Assembly (NCBI GenBank): GCA_965249575.1
Contig: OZ252244.1
Location: 3,424,001-3,488,000, forward strand
Source: Gemmatimonadales bacterium
GTDB taxonomy: Bacteria; Gemmatimonadota; Gemmatimonadetes; Gemmatimonadales; GWC2-71-9
Direction of reading: 5' to 3'
DNA: 64,000 nucleotides
Positions 9,531-19,880 of this stretch are shown one piece after another. Below the pieces are notes generated by a model. The model worked only from the letters and a program-made list of their open reading frames with translations, ran no database searches and was not told where the DNA came from. The position numbers and the translations under genes are program-made. Position 1 is the first letter of the stretch, and each line of letters opens with the position of its first letter.

Positions 9531-10687
9531 ACCTCTTCGCCGAAGCGGACGCTCCGGGTCCGACCGGCGTCTGGAGTATCCTGGATGTGACCCGCCGCGC
9601 GCACCGTGTGGTCGAAGCAGGTTTCGGCAGGATCTGGGTTCGAGGAGAGGTCACCGGTTTCAAGAAGTACCGTAGTGGGCACTGGTACTTTACCCTCCGT
9701 GACAAACAGGCCCAAGTCAGATGCGTCATGTGGCGGCTCGACAACCGGCGCTTGCGTGGAGTCCCGGAGGAGGGGACGCAGGTGCACGTGGCGGCGCGCC
9801 CAACCGTGTGGGAGGAGCGGGGCGAGCTGCGACTCACGGTAAAGCAGCTGCTACCGACGGCTGCCGACGGGCTGTGGCAGGTGGAGCTGGAACAGGCCAA
9901 GGCCGCACTCGAGCGGGATGGGCTTCTCGATGCCAGCCGGAAGCGCCGGTTGCCGCCCTATCCCTCACGAATCGCGGTGGTGACGAGTCCCGATGGGGCG
10001 GCGGTCCGGGACATCATTTCCGTGCTCACCCGACGATGGCCGTCGACCGAGCTTCTCGTGGTGCCCACGCGGGTGCAGGGTGACGGAGCCGTCCAGGAGC
10101 TCTGTGCCGCGCTGGCGCTGGTGAATCGCATTCCGGCCCTCGACTTGGTCATTCTCGCTCGCGGCGGCGGGGCGCGCGAAGATCTCTGGGCGTTCAATCG
10201 AGAGCGGGTGGCGCGTGCGGTCGCCTCCCTCGCGGCACCGTCCATATCGGCTGTGGGCCACGAGACGGACACATCGCTCACGGATCTCGTGGCCGATGTC
10301 CGCTCGCCAACCCCCTCCGCCGCGGCCGAGGCTGCCGTGCCCGACTGTCGTTCGGAGCTCGAGGGGCTCGACGATCTCGCGCGCCGGCTGGCCGGGGGCC
10401 TCACGAGCCGGACGCAGTTGGCCAATGAGCGCCTCGAGCGCACGGCCGATCGTCTCACCGCCGGCACACAGGCCCGGTTCGAGCGGGAGGGGTCTCGGTT
10501 GGTCCAGCTGGGCGCGGAGCTGGAAGCGTTGAGTCCGCTTCGCGTCCTGGCGCGAGGGTACGCGGTGGCTCGGAACCGTGAGGGATCGCTCCTCAGACGT
10601 GTCGGGCAATTCGCGCCCAACCAGACCTTTCGCTTGACCGTGAGTGACGGCGACGTGGAAGCACGGGCGGTCGGCGATTCTCCATGA
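9518..10687 (+). CDS. xseA: Exodeoxyribonuclease VII large subunit
   Basis: SGHWYFTLRD, ARGGGAREDLWAFN, SAVGHETD, PTPSAAAE. Confidence 0.96.
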   Translation: MGELDLFAEADAPGPTGVWSILDVTRRAHRVVEAGFGRIWVRGEVTGFKKYRSGHWYFTLRDKQAQVRCVMWRLDNRRLRGVPEEGTQVHVAARPTVWEERGELRLTVKQLLPTAADGLWQVELEQAKAALERDGLLDASRKRRLPPYPSRIAVVTSPDGAAVRDIISVLTRRWPSTELLVVPTRVQGDGAVQELCAALALVNRIPALDLVILARGGGAREDLWAFNRERVARAVASLAAPSISAVGHETDTSLTDLVADVRSPTPSAAAEAAVPDCRSELEGLDDLARRLAGGLTSRTQLANERLERTADRLTAGTQARFEREGSRLVQLGAELEALSPLRVLARGYAVARNREGSLLRRVGQFAPNQTFRLTVSDGDVEARAVGDSP

Positions 10688-10908
10688 CGGACAAGCCCTC
10701 GTTCAGCCGGGAGCTTTCCGAGCTCGAAGCGGTTGTTCGATCTCTCGAGGCCGACGATCTGGATCTCGACCGGGCACTCGATCTCTTCGAAGAGGGAGTC
10801 AAGCGCCTCAAGACCGCCCGCGACCTGCTTCGTCAATCTGAGCTTACCGTGAAGCGCATCCTGGAGGGGGCCGATGGAACGCTTTCGGCCGACGATTTCG
10901 ACGGCTGA
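10684..10908 (+). CDS. xseB: Exodeoxyribonuclease VII small subunit
   Basis: LSELEAVVRSLE...LDRALDLFEEG; follows xseA. Confidence 0.93.
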   Translation: MTDKPSFSRELSELEAVVRSLEADDLDLDRALDLFEEGVKRLKTARDLLRQSELTVKRILEGADGTLSADDFDG

Positions 10909-11794
10909 CTGGCGCCGGTTCTGGGAGGAAGCCCGGACCGCGATCGGTCGGGTGCTGGTGCGGTGGACCGAGTGGGTGGCGAGTGACGTGCCGGGCCCGG
11001 TGGGCGACGTCATAGCCTACAGCCTCGCCAGGGAGGGCAAGCGGCTCCGACCCGCATTGGTCATGGCGGTCCATCGCGAACTGGGTGGCACCGGGGACGC
11101 CAGCGAACTCGCGGCGGCAGTTGAAGTCGTGCACACCTACTCGCTCGTTCACGATGATCTACCATGCATGGACGACGACGACCTGCGCCGCGGCTGGCCC
11201 ACGGCACACCGAAAGTTCGGTGTCGCGGCGGCCACTGAGGCTGGATATCGCATGGTGCCACTCGCCGCCCAGATACTGGCCGCCGGGGCGAAGCGTCTCG
11301 GGCTGGTGGCCGGCACAGTCGGGCAGATCGGCGAGGAGTTGTTTCGCGCCGCTGGCGCGGCCGGCATGGTTGGCGGGCAAGCGCTCGATCTGCTCGCGGA
11401 GGGACGGGCGGTATCCCCGGAGGGGCTCATCGAGATTCACCAGCGGAAGACCGGCGCGCTCATCCGCGCCAGCGCGTCGATGGGCGCGATCGCGGCGGGT
11501 GCCCCGGCACACCGGGTGGAGGCCGTGCGGTCGTTCGGGAACGCCGCGGGGATCGCGTTTCAGATCGTGGACGATGTCTTGGACGTGACGTCGACATCCG
11601 GTGAGCTCGGCAAGGCTGCCGGCAAGGACGCTGCGCGCCGTAAAGCGAGCTATGCGACCCTCGTGGGTCCCGAGACGGCCCGCAAGGAGGCACAGACCTA
11701 TGCCCGGGCTGCAGTGGACCATCTGGGGGCCGGCGGGATAGATTCCTCTTTACTCGAACAGGTGGCTCACTTCATCGTTCACCGCCGCCGGTAA
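10874..11794 (+). CDS. ispA: Polyprenyl (farnesyl) diphosphate synthase
   Basis: GKRLRP, SLVHDDLPCMDDDDLRRG, FQIVDDVLD; start uncertain. Confidence 0.92.
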   Translation: MERFRPTISTADWRRFWEEARTAIGRVLVRWTEWVASDVPGPVGDVIAYSLAREGKRLRPALVMAVHRELGGTGDASELAAAVEVVHTYSLVHDDLPCMDDDDLRRGWPTAHRKFGVAAATEAGYRMVPLAAQILAAGAKRLGLVAGTVGQIGEELFRAAGAAGMVGGQALDLLAEGRAVSPEGLIEIHQRKTGALIRASASMGAIAAGAPAHRVEAVRSFGNAAGIAFQIVDDVLDVTSTSGELGKAAGKDAARRKASYATLVGPETARKEAQTYARAAVDHLGAGGIDSSLLEQVAHFIVHRRR

Positions 11795-11815
11795 CGCGGC
11801 CCAACCCGGATTCCG

Positions 11816-13717
11816 ATGCCTTTCTTAGAGTCGATCGATGACGCGAAGGAGGTGCGGAGCATTCCCGCGAGCGAGTTGCCCCATCTCGCCGAGGAGTTGC
11901 GCCAGCGCCTGATCGAGGTGGTCTCGAAGACCGGCGGACATATCGGCGCGGGACTGGGTGTGGTCGAGCTGACGATCGCGCTGCTCCACAGCTTCGACTC
12001 GCCCGTAGACAAGATTCTCTGGGACGTCGGGCATCAGGGCTATCCGTGGAAACTCCTCACGGGCCGCAACGACCGGTTCCCAACGCTGCGACAGGCCGAG
12101 GGACTCTCGGGATTCCTGCGGCGTACCGAGAGCGAGCACGATCATTTCGGAGCAGGACACGCCGGCACGGCGCTGTCCGCCGCCTTCGGTGTGGCGACCG
12201 CCCGTGACCTCAAGGAAGAATCGTTTCATGTGGTTGCGGTGGTGGGTGACGGCGCGCTGACATGTGGGCTTCCCTACGAAGCGATGAACAATGCGGGACA
12301 CTCCGAGCGCGACGTCATCTTGGTGGTCAACGACAACGGAATGTCGATCGCCCCGAATGTGGGCGCCATCAACAAGTACCTGGGGTCCGTGATTGCCAGC
12401 CCCATTACCAACCGCGTGCGCGATCGTGTCAAGCAGGTGATTGAGAAAACGTCGCAGGTGGTGGGTGGCAAACCGATGGTGGAGTTCGCGAAGAACATCG
12501 AGGAGAGTATCAAGAACCTCTGGTCTCCGGGCATGCTATTCGAGGAGTTGGGATTCCGTTACTTCGGACCCATCGACGGACACAACATCGATGCGCTGCT
12601 CCGGACGTTCGAGTTGGTCAAGGGGTTGAAAGGGCCCCGCGTTGTTCACGTGATTACCGAGAAGGGCAAGGGGTTCCCGTACCGCGAGCCTGATCTGGAG
12701 AAGTTCCACGCCCGCAATCCCTACGATCCCGTCACTGGGGAGCTCAAGCCGGTCGGGGAGGGACCGCCGGCATGGACGAAGGTCTTTGGACGCGCGATCA
12801 CCGAACTTGCCGCGGAGCATGAGGAGATCGTTGCGATCACCGCGGCCATGCCCTCTGGGACCGGGACCAACATCTTCCAGAAGCGGTGGCCGGACCGCTT
12901 TTTCGACGTCGGGATCGCAGAGGCCCACGCTACCACCTTCGCCGCAGGCCTCGCCACCCAGGGCATCCGTCCGATCGTCGCGATTTACTCGACGTTCCTA
13001 CAGCGTGCATACGACTCCATCATTCACGATGTTGCGATTCAGGGGCTACCGGTCACGTTCTGCCTCGACAGGGCGGGCATGGTGGGGGCGGATGGTCAGA
13101 CGCACATGGGCCTGTACGACATCGCCTATTTGCTTGCGGTTCCGAACATGACCGTCACTCAGCCGCGAGACGGAGCGGAGCTGATCGGCCTCCTGCGCAC
13201 CGCCATGGAGCACAAGTCCGGTCCGTTCAGCCTTCGGTATCCGCGCGACAAGGTGCCGGCGCCTGCACCACCGGCTGCTGAGGTCTCCGCGATCCCATAC
13301 GGCACGTGGGAGCAGCTGCGCCCGGGACGCGAGTGCGCGATCCTCGCGGTCGGCGTGATGTGTCAGCCGGCTATGGAGGCAGCGGAGGCATTGGAAGGTG
13401 AGGGTTTCGACGTCACCGTGGTCAATTGCCGATTCCTCAAACCGCTCGATCGCGCGATGCTCGAGTCCCTCGTCACCGAGCACCGACTGCTGATCACCGT
13501 GGAGGACGGAACGGTCGTGAATGGCTTCGGTGCCTGCGTGGCGGCGGCTGTGGAGGCGCTCGCGGCGGACGTGCGCGTTGCGGTCCTCGGCGCGCCTGAT
13601 CGCACCTACGAGCATGGGCCGCGCGCGGTCCAGCTTGCCGAGGCCGGTCTCGACGGACCGGGGATCGCGGCGCGCGTGCGGGCGTGGGCCGCCGAGGAGA
13701 GCCTTTCGGCCACATGA
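11816..13717 (+). CDS. dxs: 1-deoxy-D-xylulose-5-phosphate synthase
   Basis: GGHIGAGLGVVELT, WDVGHQ, GDGALT, FDVGIAE, YSTFLQRAYD. Confidence 0.97.
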   Translation: MPFLESIDDAKEVRSIPASELPHLAEELRQRLIEVVSKTGGHIGAGLGVVELTIALLHSFDSPVDKILWDVGHQGYPWKLLTGRNDRFPTLRQAEGLSGFLRRTESEHDHFGAGHAGTALSAAFGVATARDLKEESFHVVAVVGDGALTCGLPYEAMNNAGHSERDVILVVNDNGMSIAPNVGAINKYLGSVIASPITNRVRDRVKQVIEKTSQVVGGKPMVEFAKNIEESIKNLWSPGMLFEELGFRYFGPIDGHNIDALLRTFELVKGLKGPRVVHVITEKGKGFPYREPDLEKFHARNPYDPVTGELKPVGEGPPAWTKVFGRAITELAAEHEEIVAITAAMPSGTGTNIFQKRWPDRFFDVGIAEAHATTFAAGLATQGIRPIVAIYSTFLQRAYDSIIHDVAIQGLPVTFCLDRAGMVGADGQTHMGLYDIAYLLAVPNMTVTQPRDGAELIGLLRTAMEHKSGPFSLRYPRDKVPAPAPPAAEVSAIPYGTWEQLRPGRECAILAVGVMCQPAMEAAEALEGEGFDVTVVNCRFLKPLDRAMLESLVTEHRLLITVEDGTVVNGFGACVAAAVEALAADVRVAVLGAPDRTYEHGPRAVQLAEAGLDGPGIAARVRAWAAEESLSAT

Positions 13718-14586
13718 ACGTTGGCGTGGTCGGGAACCCGCGGTACCGCGATCTGCGGGAACACCTAGCACGCCTTGCTTCGACAGCACCGCGCTACGGC
13801 ATGAAACTCGTAGGAGAGGCCGCGCTCGCCGAGTTGTGGCCGTCGCCGCTTCCCGCACTGGAATCCAACGAGACGTCTCTCGACCTTCTGCTGAGCCTCG
13901 GAGGGGACGGGACGCTGCTGCGCGGAGCTCGGCTGACCGCGGAGCGCCAAGTGCCGATCCTCGGTGTGAACCTTGGTCGCGTCGGGTTTCTCTCCTCCGC
14001 AGGCCCGGATACGCTGGAGACCGCGCTAGAGGCCGTCGCGCAAAAGGATTTCCACCTCGAGAATCGCAGTACGCTCGAATCCCATATCGTTGACGAGCAG
14101 GGCGAGATTCGGCCGGGAACGCTAGCTCTGAACGACGTGGTGGTCCACAAGGCCGGGGTCGCCCGGGTCGTGCACCTGCGGGTACTCATCGACCGCGAGG
14201 AAGTCGGCCAGTACAGTGCCGACGGGATAATCGTCGCGACGCCGACTGGCTCGACGGCCTATTCGCTCAGTGCCGGCGGCCCGGTCGTCATGCCGGGAGT
14301 CGAGGCCCTAGTGGTGACCGCGATTTGTCCCCACACGCTGGCCGTACGGCCCTTGGTGGTATCGGGGGATGCGGAGATCGATATTGCCGTCGTGCCGCCA
14401 TTGTCCGACGAGGTACTCGTCTCCTATGACGGTCAGGTTGGTACCACGCTGCAGTCTCAGGATCGCGTGGTCGTTCGCCGCGGCGCCACGGCCGTTCGTT
14501 TGATCCGGCTCGGGAAGGAAGGATTCTTTGCCCGGGTGCGAAACAAGCTACAGTGGGGTGACCTGAGCGACCGTCAAAGGGCCTGA
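13714..14586 (+). CDS. nadK: NAD(+) kinase
   Basis: GGDGTLL, LND, DGIIVATPTGSTAYSLSAGGP. Confidence 0.95.
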   Translation: MNVGVVGNPRYRDLREHLARLASTAPRYGMKLVGEAALAELWPSPLPALESNETSLDLLLSLGGDGTLLRGARLTAERQVPILGVNLGRVGFLSSAGPDTLETALEAVAQKDFHLENRSTLESHIVDEQGEIRPGTLALNDVVVHKAGVARVVHLRVLIDREEVGQYSADGIIVATPTGSTAYSLSAGGPVVMPGVEALVVTAICPHTLAVRPLVVSGDAEIDIAVVPPLSDEVLVSYDGQVGTTLQSQDRVVVRRGATAVRLIRLGKEGFFARVRNKLQWGDLSDRQRA

Positions 14587-14588
14587 CC

Positions 14589-16271
14589 GTGCTCAACGAG
14601 CTGCGCGTTCGAAACCTCGCGGTCATTGCCGACGTCACGATACCCCTCCGAGCGGGTCTCAACGTTCTGACCGGTGAGACCGGCGCAGGCAAATCCATGC
14701 TCATCGATGCGCTGGCCCTGCTCCTGGGCGAGCGAGCCAGCGCCGACCTGGTGCGGCCTGGCGCACCCAGGGCAATCGTCGAGGCGGCGTTTGAGTTCGC
14801 TGACGAGTCACGACTTGCCGAGTTCGCTGAGAATGCGGGCGTCGACCTGGAGGACGGGCGCCTCGTGGTTCGCCGCGACATCAACGCGGAGGGCCGGAAC
14901 CGAGCTTGGGCGAACGGGAGTCCCGCGACCGTGGCGGCTCTCGCTTCGATTGGGCGGCATGTGGTGGACCTGCACGGACAGCACGAGGCACAGTCTCTTC
15001 TCCACCCTGCGGCGCAACGAGAAATGCTCGACGCCTTCGGCAATGCCGGACGCGAGCGGCAAGTGGTCAGCGAGGCGTTCGAGCAAGCCGGGGTGCTCCG
15101 GTCCGAAGAGGCCGATCTGGCCAGCCGTCTGGACGACATCAAGAAGCGAGCGGACTACCTCCGTCACGTCGCGCGCGAGATCGCGGACGCACAGCCGGTG
15201 CCCGCGGAAGACGAGGCGCTCGCGATCGAAGCGGCGCGCCTGGCGAATGCCGAGGAGCTGATCCGGCAGGCGGAGCAGTTCGCCGAGCTCGTCGACGGTG
15301 AGGAAGTCGGCGCGTTGGAGGCGCTCAGGCAGGCCGATCGAATACTCGCACACCTCGAGCGGATCGATGGCACGGTTTCGAAGTGGCGGGAGATACTGGA
15401 GAGTGCCGAGGCGGGCCTGGGCGAGATCGCTCGCGATGCGCGGCAGTACGCGGCGGGCATCGAACTTGATCCCGGACGGCTCGAGGCGGTGGAGCAGCGG
15501 CGCGACGTGCTGTTCAAACTCACGCAGAAATACGGACCGACCATCGCCGATGTTGAGCGTACGGGCTCGGAGGCGCAGCGCGAGCTGGAAACGCTGGATA
15601 CTGCCGACACGGAGCTCGAGCGGCTCGCCGAGCGGAGGGAGGTAGCCGACGCGGAGCTGGCGCGGGCGTGCCGCAGTCTCACGGCTAGGCGTGTAAGCAC
15701 CGGCAAGCGCCTGTCCCGCGCGGTTGAGCGGCTGCTTCCGAACCTGGGGCTCCCGGACGGGCGGTTTCAGGTCCTGGTGTCTCCCAGCGACCGTGCCGGG
15801 CAGACGGGCGCCGATAGCATCACGTTTCTCGTCCAGCTCAATGTGGGTCTGGATCCGCGGCCGCTCGCCCAGGTCGCGAGCGGGGGGGAATTATCGCGCA
15901 TCATGCTCGCCCTGAAGGTGGTTCTCGCGGAGCACGACCACGTGCCGATTCTCGTATTTGACGAGATCGATCAGGGAATCGGGGCCGAGGTAGGGCACCG
16001 CGTCGCCGACGCCCTGTCCGAGGTCGCTCGCGCCCATCAAGTCCTGGTCATCACGCATCTGCCTCAGATCGCCGCTCGCGCCGCCCATCATCTTGCTGTC
16101 TCGAAGCAGGACCGGGGCGGCGTCGCGACCGCAGACGTCCGAGCGCTCGATGAGGATGAGCGAATCGGCGAGATTGCGCGCATGCTCGGGGGAGGTGCCG
16201 ACCCCGTGTTGCGGCAGCATGCGGAGGAGCTACTGAGAAAACCCGGGCGGCGGGAGCCGGCGAGTCGCTGA
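14589..16271 (+). CDS. recN: DNA repair protein RecN
   Basis: TGETGAGKS, LHGQH, ASGGELSRIMLALK, FDEID, ITHLPQIAA. Confidence 0.97.
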   Translation: MLNELRVRNLAVIADVTIPLRAGLNVLTGETGAGKSMLIDALALLLGERASADLVRPGAPRAIVEAAFEFADESRLAEFAENAGVDLEDGRLVVRRDINAEGRNRAWANGSPATVAALASIGRHVVDLHGQHEAQSLLHPAAQREMLDAFGNAGRERQVVSEAFEQAGVLRSEEADLASRLDDIKKRADYLRHVAREIADAQPVPAEDEALAIEAARLANAEELIRQAEQFAELVDGEEVGALEALRQADRILAHLERIDGTVSKWREILESAEAGLGEIARDARQYAAGIELDPGRLEAVEQRRDVLFKLTQKYGPTIADVERTGSEAQRELETLDTADTELERLAERREVADAELARACRSLTARRVSTGKRLSRAVERLLPNLGLPDGRFQVLVSPSDRAGQTGADSITFLVQLNVGLDPRPLAQVASGGELSRIMLALKVVLAEHDHVPILVFDEIDQGIGAEVGHRVADALSEVARAHQVLVITHLPQIAARAAHHLAVSKQDRGGVATADVRALDEDERIGEIARMLGGGADPVLRQHAEELLRKPGRREPASR

Positions 16272-17912
16272 CTCGACTTCCTGTGCGGGAGGATCCGCGG
16301 CCGGGTCCGGCTCGCGCGGGGCACCGCCAAACAGCCGGTAGAAAAGCCGCAGGTAGAGGTTGATGGATACGCCTTTAGGGGTGAATCCGCCGGAGCCCGA
16401 GAAGACGGCCCGATACGCGAGCCCGGCCTCGATGGGCAACGCCGCCGCGCCACGATTCCGGGTAGATCGATAGGCCAGTCCAGCCCCGTAGCTCAGCGAA
16501 GTCATTTCGCTCTCGATTGCGAGCACGGAAGCGGCTGATGCGCCCGAGCCCCCTCCATACGAATCCGCGGATTTCCGGAAGAAACGGACCGCGCCGTAAA
16601 TTCGAAAAGCGGGGTGGAGGTGGAGCGTGGGATACGCTCCAAACGTCAGAATGTCTCCCAAGCTCCGATCCACCATCTCGGCCGTCGAGGCAAACGCAAT
16701 CGGCTCGTGCGGTGACGTGACGCGGCGCGCGAGGCGATCGCTGAGCTGTCTGGTATACGTTGCGTTGACCGCGAAGCTCAGTGCTTCGGCTGGTTGAACG
16801 AAGCCCTCGAGTGTGGCCTTCAAGTCCAGCTGGCGGTCTCCGGTGCCGAGATCGATGAAATGGTCTGGGGAGTCGCGCATGCCAGTCGGCAGTCGGACCG
16901 TGAGGCCGACGACGGCGCGTGCGGAGGATGTCTGAACCAAGGCGTACCGAGCGCCGACTTCTAGGTCCCCAATTCTGGAGAGCTTGACGTCCTCCAGCGG
17001 GAGCGCGGAGTACCCAAATGCCGGCTCAGTCAGCACGGCGTTCACGTCGCCGTCCTCCAGCCGCCCGTCGGGCAGGGGGAGCATCCCCGAGACCGGCGCG
17101 AGCCCGAGCGCCTGGAGCTGAGCGGAGACATCGGCGACCTCGTTCGTCAGTGCCTGACCGGCGACTGACGCGGCCGTGGGGGCGAAGGGTGGCAGCGGAG
17201 CATTCGTGAATCCGCCGGACGCTGTAACGCCGGTGAGCGTGGTGAGGTTCGACACGAGACTGCGGACGCGCATGGCCAGTGCCTGTGCCTGCATGCAGGA
17301 CGAGCTGCCGGGGCATCCGTAACCCCCTCCGGCGGCGTTCGTCTCCACCGTCTGTGCCGCTGCGTCGAGCTCTGAAAGCAGCGCCGTGATTTCCAGCGCC
17401 CCCGACGAGTTGCCCGACTGAACGGCCGCCTGGTTCCAGCCGGCATCGGCGCCAGTCGTGTCCAACGTGACGGCAGCGCTCACTCGCGAAGTGACGATTG
17501 GGAGCTCGACCCGGAGCGTGAATCGGTCGGTCAGCCCGACAGCGGCGGAGAGTGGGAAGCGGCGGACGTCGGCGTCGAGCTTCGTCTGAAGCATACCGAT
17601 GTTGACTCGGTGGTTGATATCGCCCGTGATGGCTTGTAGCGCGCCGTCGGTCGCCAGCACCGACGGGAAGAGGGTCGATCCGGCCCGGTCGGCGCTGAAA
17701 TCGGTTCCCAGAGCTTCCTGAGATCCGTTTGCCGTGAAGCGCCGGTCGTACGTCTGGTACAAGGGGGAGAACCCGACCCGTAACGCACCGCGGGGAACAG
17801 TTCGGGCGTCGGGCGCTTGGGCCTCGAGGGGAGTGGGGACGATGCCCAGAACGACGGCGCAGGCCGCGAACGCTAGGGTCGAAGTGATCGGGATTGCCGG
17901 CGGCCTCGTCAT
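16230..17912 (-). CDS. Exported protein, probable outer-membrane beta-barrel (transporter/MetA-like) with large helical insertion
   Basis: Signal peptide (LEA-Q); IGDLEVGARY, VRLPTG...DLGTGDRQ motifs; alternating beta strands ending YLRLFY. Confidence 0.6.
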   Translation of the reverse strand: MTRPPAIPITSTLAFAACAVVLGIVPTPLEAQAPDARTVPRGALRVGFSPLYQTYDRRFTANGSQEALGTDFSADRAGSTLFPSVLATDGALQAITGDINHRVNIGMLQTKLDADVRRFPLSAAVGLTDRFTLRVELPIVTSRVSAAVTLDTTGADAGWNQAAVQSGNSSGALEITALLSELDAAAQTVETNAAGGGYGCPGSSSCMQAQALAMRVRSLVSNLTTLTGVTASGGFTNAPLPPFAPTAASVAGQALTNEVADVSAQLQALGLAPVSGMLPLPDGRLEDGDVNAVLTEPAFGYSALPLEDVKLSRIGDLEVGARYALVQTSSARAVVGLTVRLPTGMRDSPDHFIDLGTGDRQLDLKATLEGFVQPAEALSFAVNATYTRQLSDRLARRVTSPHEPIAFASTAEMVDRSLGDILTFGAYPTLHLHPAFRIYGAVRFFRKSADSYGGGSGASAASVLAIESEMTSLSYGAGLAYRSTRNRGAAALPIEAGLAYRAVFSGSGGFTPKGVSINLYLRLFYRLFGGAPREPDPAADPPAQEVESATRRLPPPGFSQ

Positions 17913-17959
17913 GGGTGGCGGGAATCTAAGGCCCGATGTGAGGGGGGCAAAGCGCGCGA

Positions 17960-19750
17960 TCAGGTTTCTTTCAGCAATTCCCGATCGTACGCGGAGAGCA
18001 CCGCGCCCCGGCTGACGAGGCCGATCAGCCGGTCGCCGTGTGCCACATCGACGACGGGAATGTGGTGCGTCCCCCGGACGGCGAGGCGGTGCAGGGCCGT
18101 GAGGAGGGTGTCCTGCGGTGTGACCCGCTCGTATTGGTCCGTCACGAGGTCACCTGCTACCACGAGGGATGCCAAGGCGCTCGCCTCGGAGAGCACGGTG
18201 CGAATGTCGCCGTACGTCAGCATTCCCACGAGCGTGCCGTCCGCGGCGATCACCGGAAACTCAATCTGCGTGGTGGCGCCTACGGCTTCGGTAATGTCGG
18301 ATACCGGGGCGTTTTCCGCGATGACTCGGGGATGCGGATCGAGCGAATGCCGAACGGTGAGCCGCTCGAGGATCGCCGTGTCGCGTCCAAAACTGATGTG
18401 CTCGCCGCGCCGCACCAGCCACTCCGAGTAGATCGAATGTGGGTGGAGGCGCCGAGCGGTGATGTATGCGATCGCGCCGCACAGCATGAGCGGAAGAATC
18501 AACGCGTAGTCGCTGCTCATCTCAAAGACCATCATGATCGCGGTGAGGGGCGCGTGCGTGCTCGCGGCCACGAGACCCGCCATCCCCACGAGCGCGAAGG
18601 CCTCGGGCTCGATCGCGAATCCCGGGAGGAGATCCCGCGCGGCCACGGCGAAGCCACCCCCGATCATGGCTCCGATGAAGAGCGCGGGCGTGAACACGCC
18701 ACCCGCTCGAGTCGCACCCACCGTGACGGCGGTCGCCAGGAGCTTGGCCATCGCCAGCGCGACCAGGAAATACGCTGGTCGCTGGGCGATGATCCCCAAT
18801 CCGACGGTCTGATGGCCCTGACCCCACAGGTCGGCGCGGAAGACGATGTTGAGTGCCCCGACGACTATCCCTGCCAGTACGATCTGCTGCCACCACGATC
18901 CGACCGTATCGAGCCGTGCCGCCGTCGCGTGTACCGTACGAGTGTAGAGAACGGCCACCAATCCGGTGGCGATCCCGAGCAGGGCGTAGAGGATGAACTC
19001 GTTTGTTGGGCCGACACCATACTCGACCGGGATCGCGATGACGGGTGAGTCGCCGAAGGCGGAGCGTGAAATCACGGCTGCGATCACGCTGGCGACCAGG
19101 ATCGGAGGGAAGGCGCTCACTCCGAACGTTCCGAGCACTTTTTCGAGCGAGAAGAACACCCCGGCGATCGGGGCGTTGAAGGCCGCCGAGATTCCCGCGG
19201 CCGCGCCGCACGCCACGAGCACTTTGAGCCGTCCGGGGCCCGAACGAAAGAAACGCCCGATGCGCGATCCCAGGGCGGATCCCGCCACCGCCACGGGTCC
19301 CTCGGCGCCGGCCGACCCACCCGCACCGATGGCGATGGCCGCGCTGGCGGTCTTGACGGCAACGGGCCACGCGTGAATGATCCCGCCGCGCTTGGCGACG
19401 GCGCGCATGACGTCGGGCACGTTATCCCCATCGGAATCTTTTGCGCCGAAGCGCACCAGCGAGCGGGCGATTGCGAGACCGGCCAACACGACCAGCAGAA
19501 TCGAAACCCGGCCGGCACCGGTCAGGGTGTTGGCGGCTGATAGAGCGGCGATCTGAGCAAGGTCGATGAGTTTGTAGAAGGCGATGACGGCGAAGCCCAC
19601 CGTGCCGCCTATTCCAACGGCGAAGAGGACGAGCATGGTGCTCTCATCGGCCGCGATAGGGGGCATCCGCCTCATGAGAGCCTGACCGCGCTCGCTGATG
19701 CGGGCCCCGACCGCCCGATGCCAGGCGCGAACGCGCGACAAATCAAACAT
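17960..19750 (-). CDS. ClC-family chloride channel/transporter with C-terminal CBS pair
   Basis: GAEGP, AAAGISAAFNAPIAG, GGVFTP, HAPLTAI, SIY; CBS domains at C-terminus. Confidence 0.92.
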   Translation of the reverse strand: MFDLSRVRAWHRAVGARISERGQALMRRMPPIAADESTMLVLFAVGIGGTVGFAVIAFYKLIDLAQIAALSAANTLTGAGRVSILLVVLAGLAIARSLVRFGAKDSDGDNVPDVMRAVAKRGGIIHAWPVAVKTASAAIAIGAGGSAGAEGPVAVAGSALGSRIGRFFRSGPGRLKVLVACGAAAGISAAFNAPIAGVFFSLEKVLGTFGVSAFPPILVASVIAAVISRSAFGDSPVIAIPVEYGVGPTNEFILYALLGIATGLVAVLYTRTVHATAARLDTVGSWWQQIVLAGIVVGALNIVFRADLWGQGHQTVGLGIIAQRPAYFLVALAMAKLLATAVTVGATRAGGVFTPALFIGAMIGGGFAVAARDLLPGFAIEPEAFALVGMAGLVAASTHAPLTAIMMVFEMSSDYALILPLMLCGAIAYITARRLHPHSIYSEWLVRRGEHISFGRDTAILERLTVRHSLDPHPRVIAENAPVSDITEAVGATTQIEFPVIAADGTLVGMLTYGDIRTVLSEASALASLVVAGDLVTDQYERVTPQDTLLTALHRLAVRGTHHIPVVDVAHGDRLIGLVSRGAVLSAYDRELLKET

Positions 19751-19880
19751 GTCGCGCTCAAGATAGCCGTGTCCCGGGCGCCGTGGCACCCCGCGGTCGC
19801 CCATAGATGGCTAGTGAGGGGGCAAGAGAAGTGACATCGATAGCCGGGCCGAACGACCCGCGTTCAAGAGCTGGCGCCAC

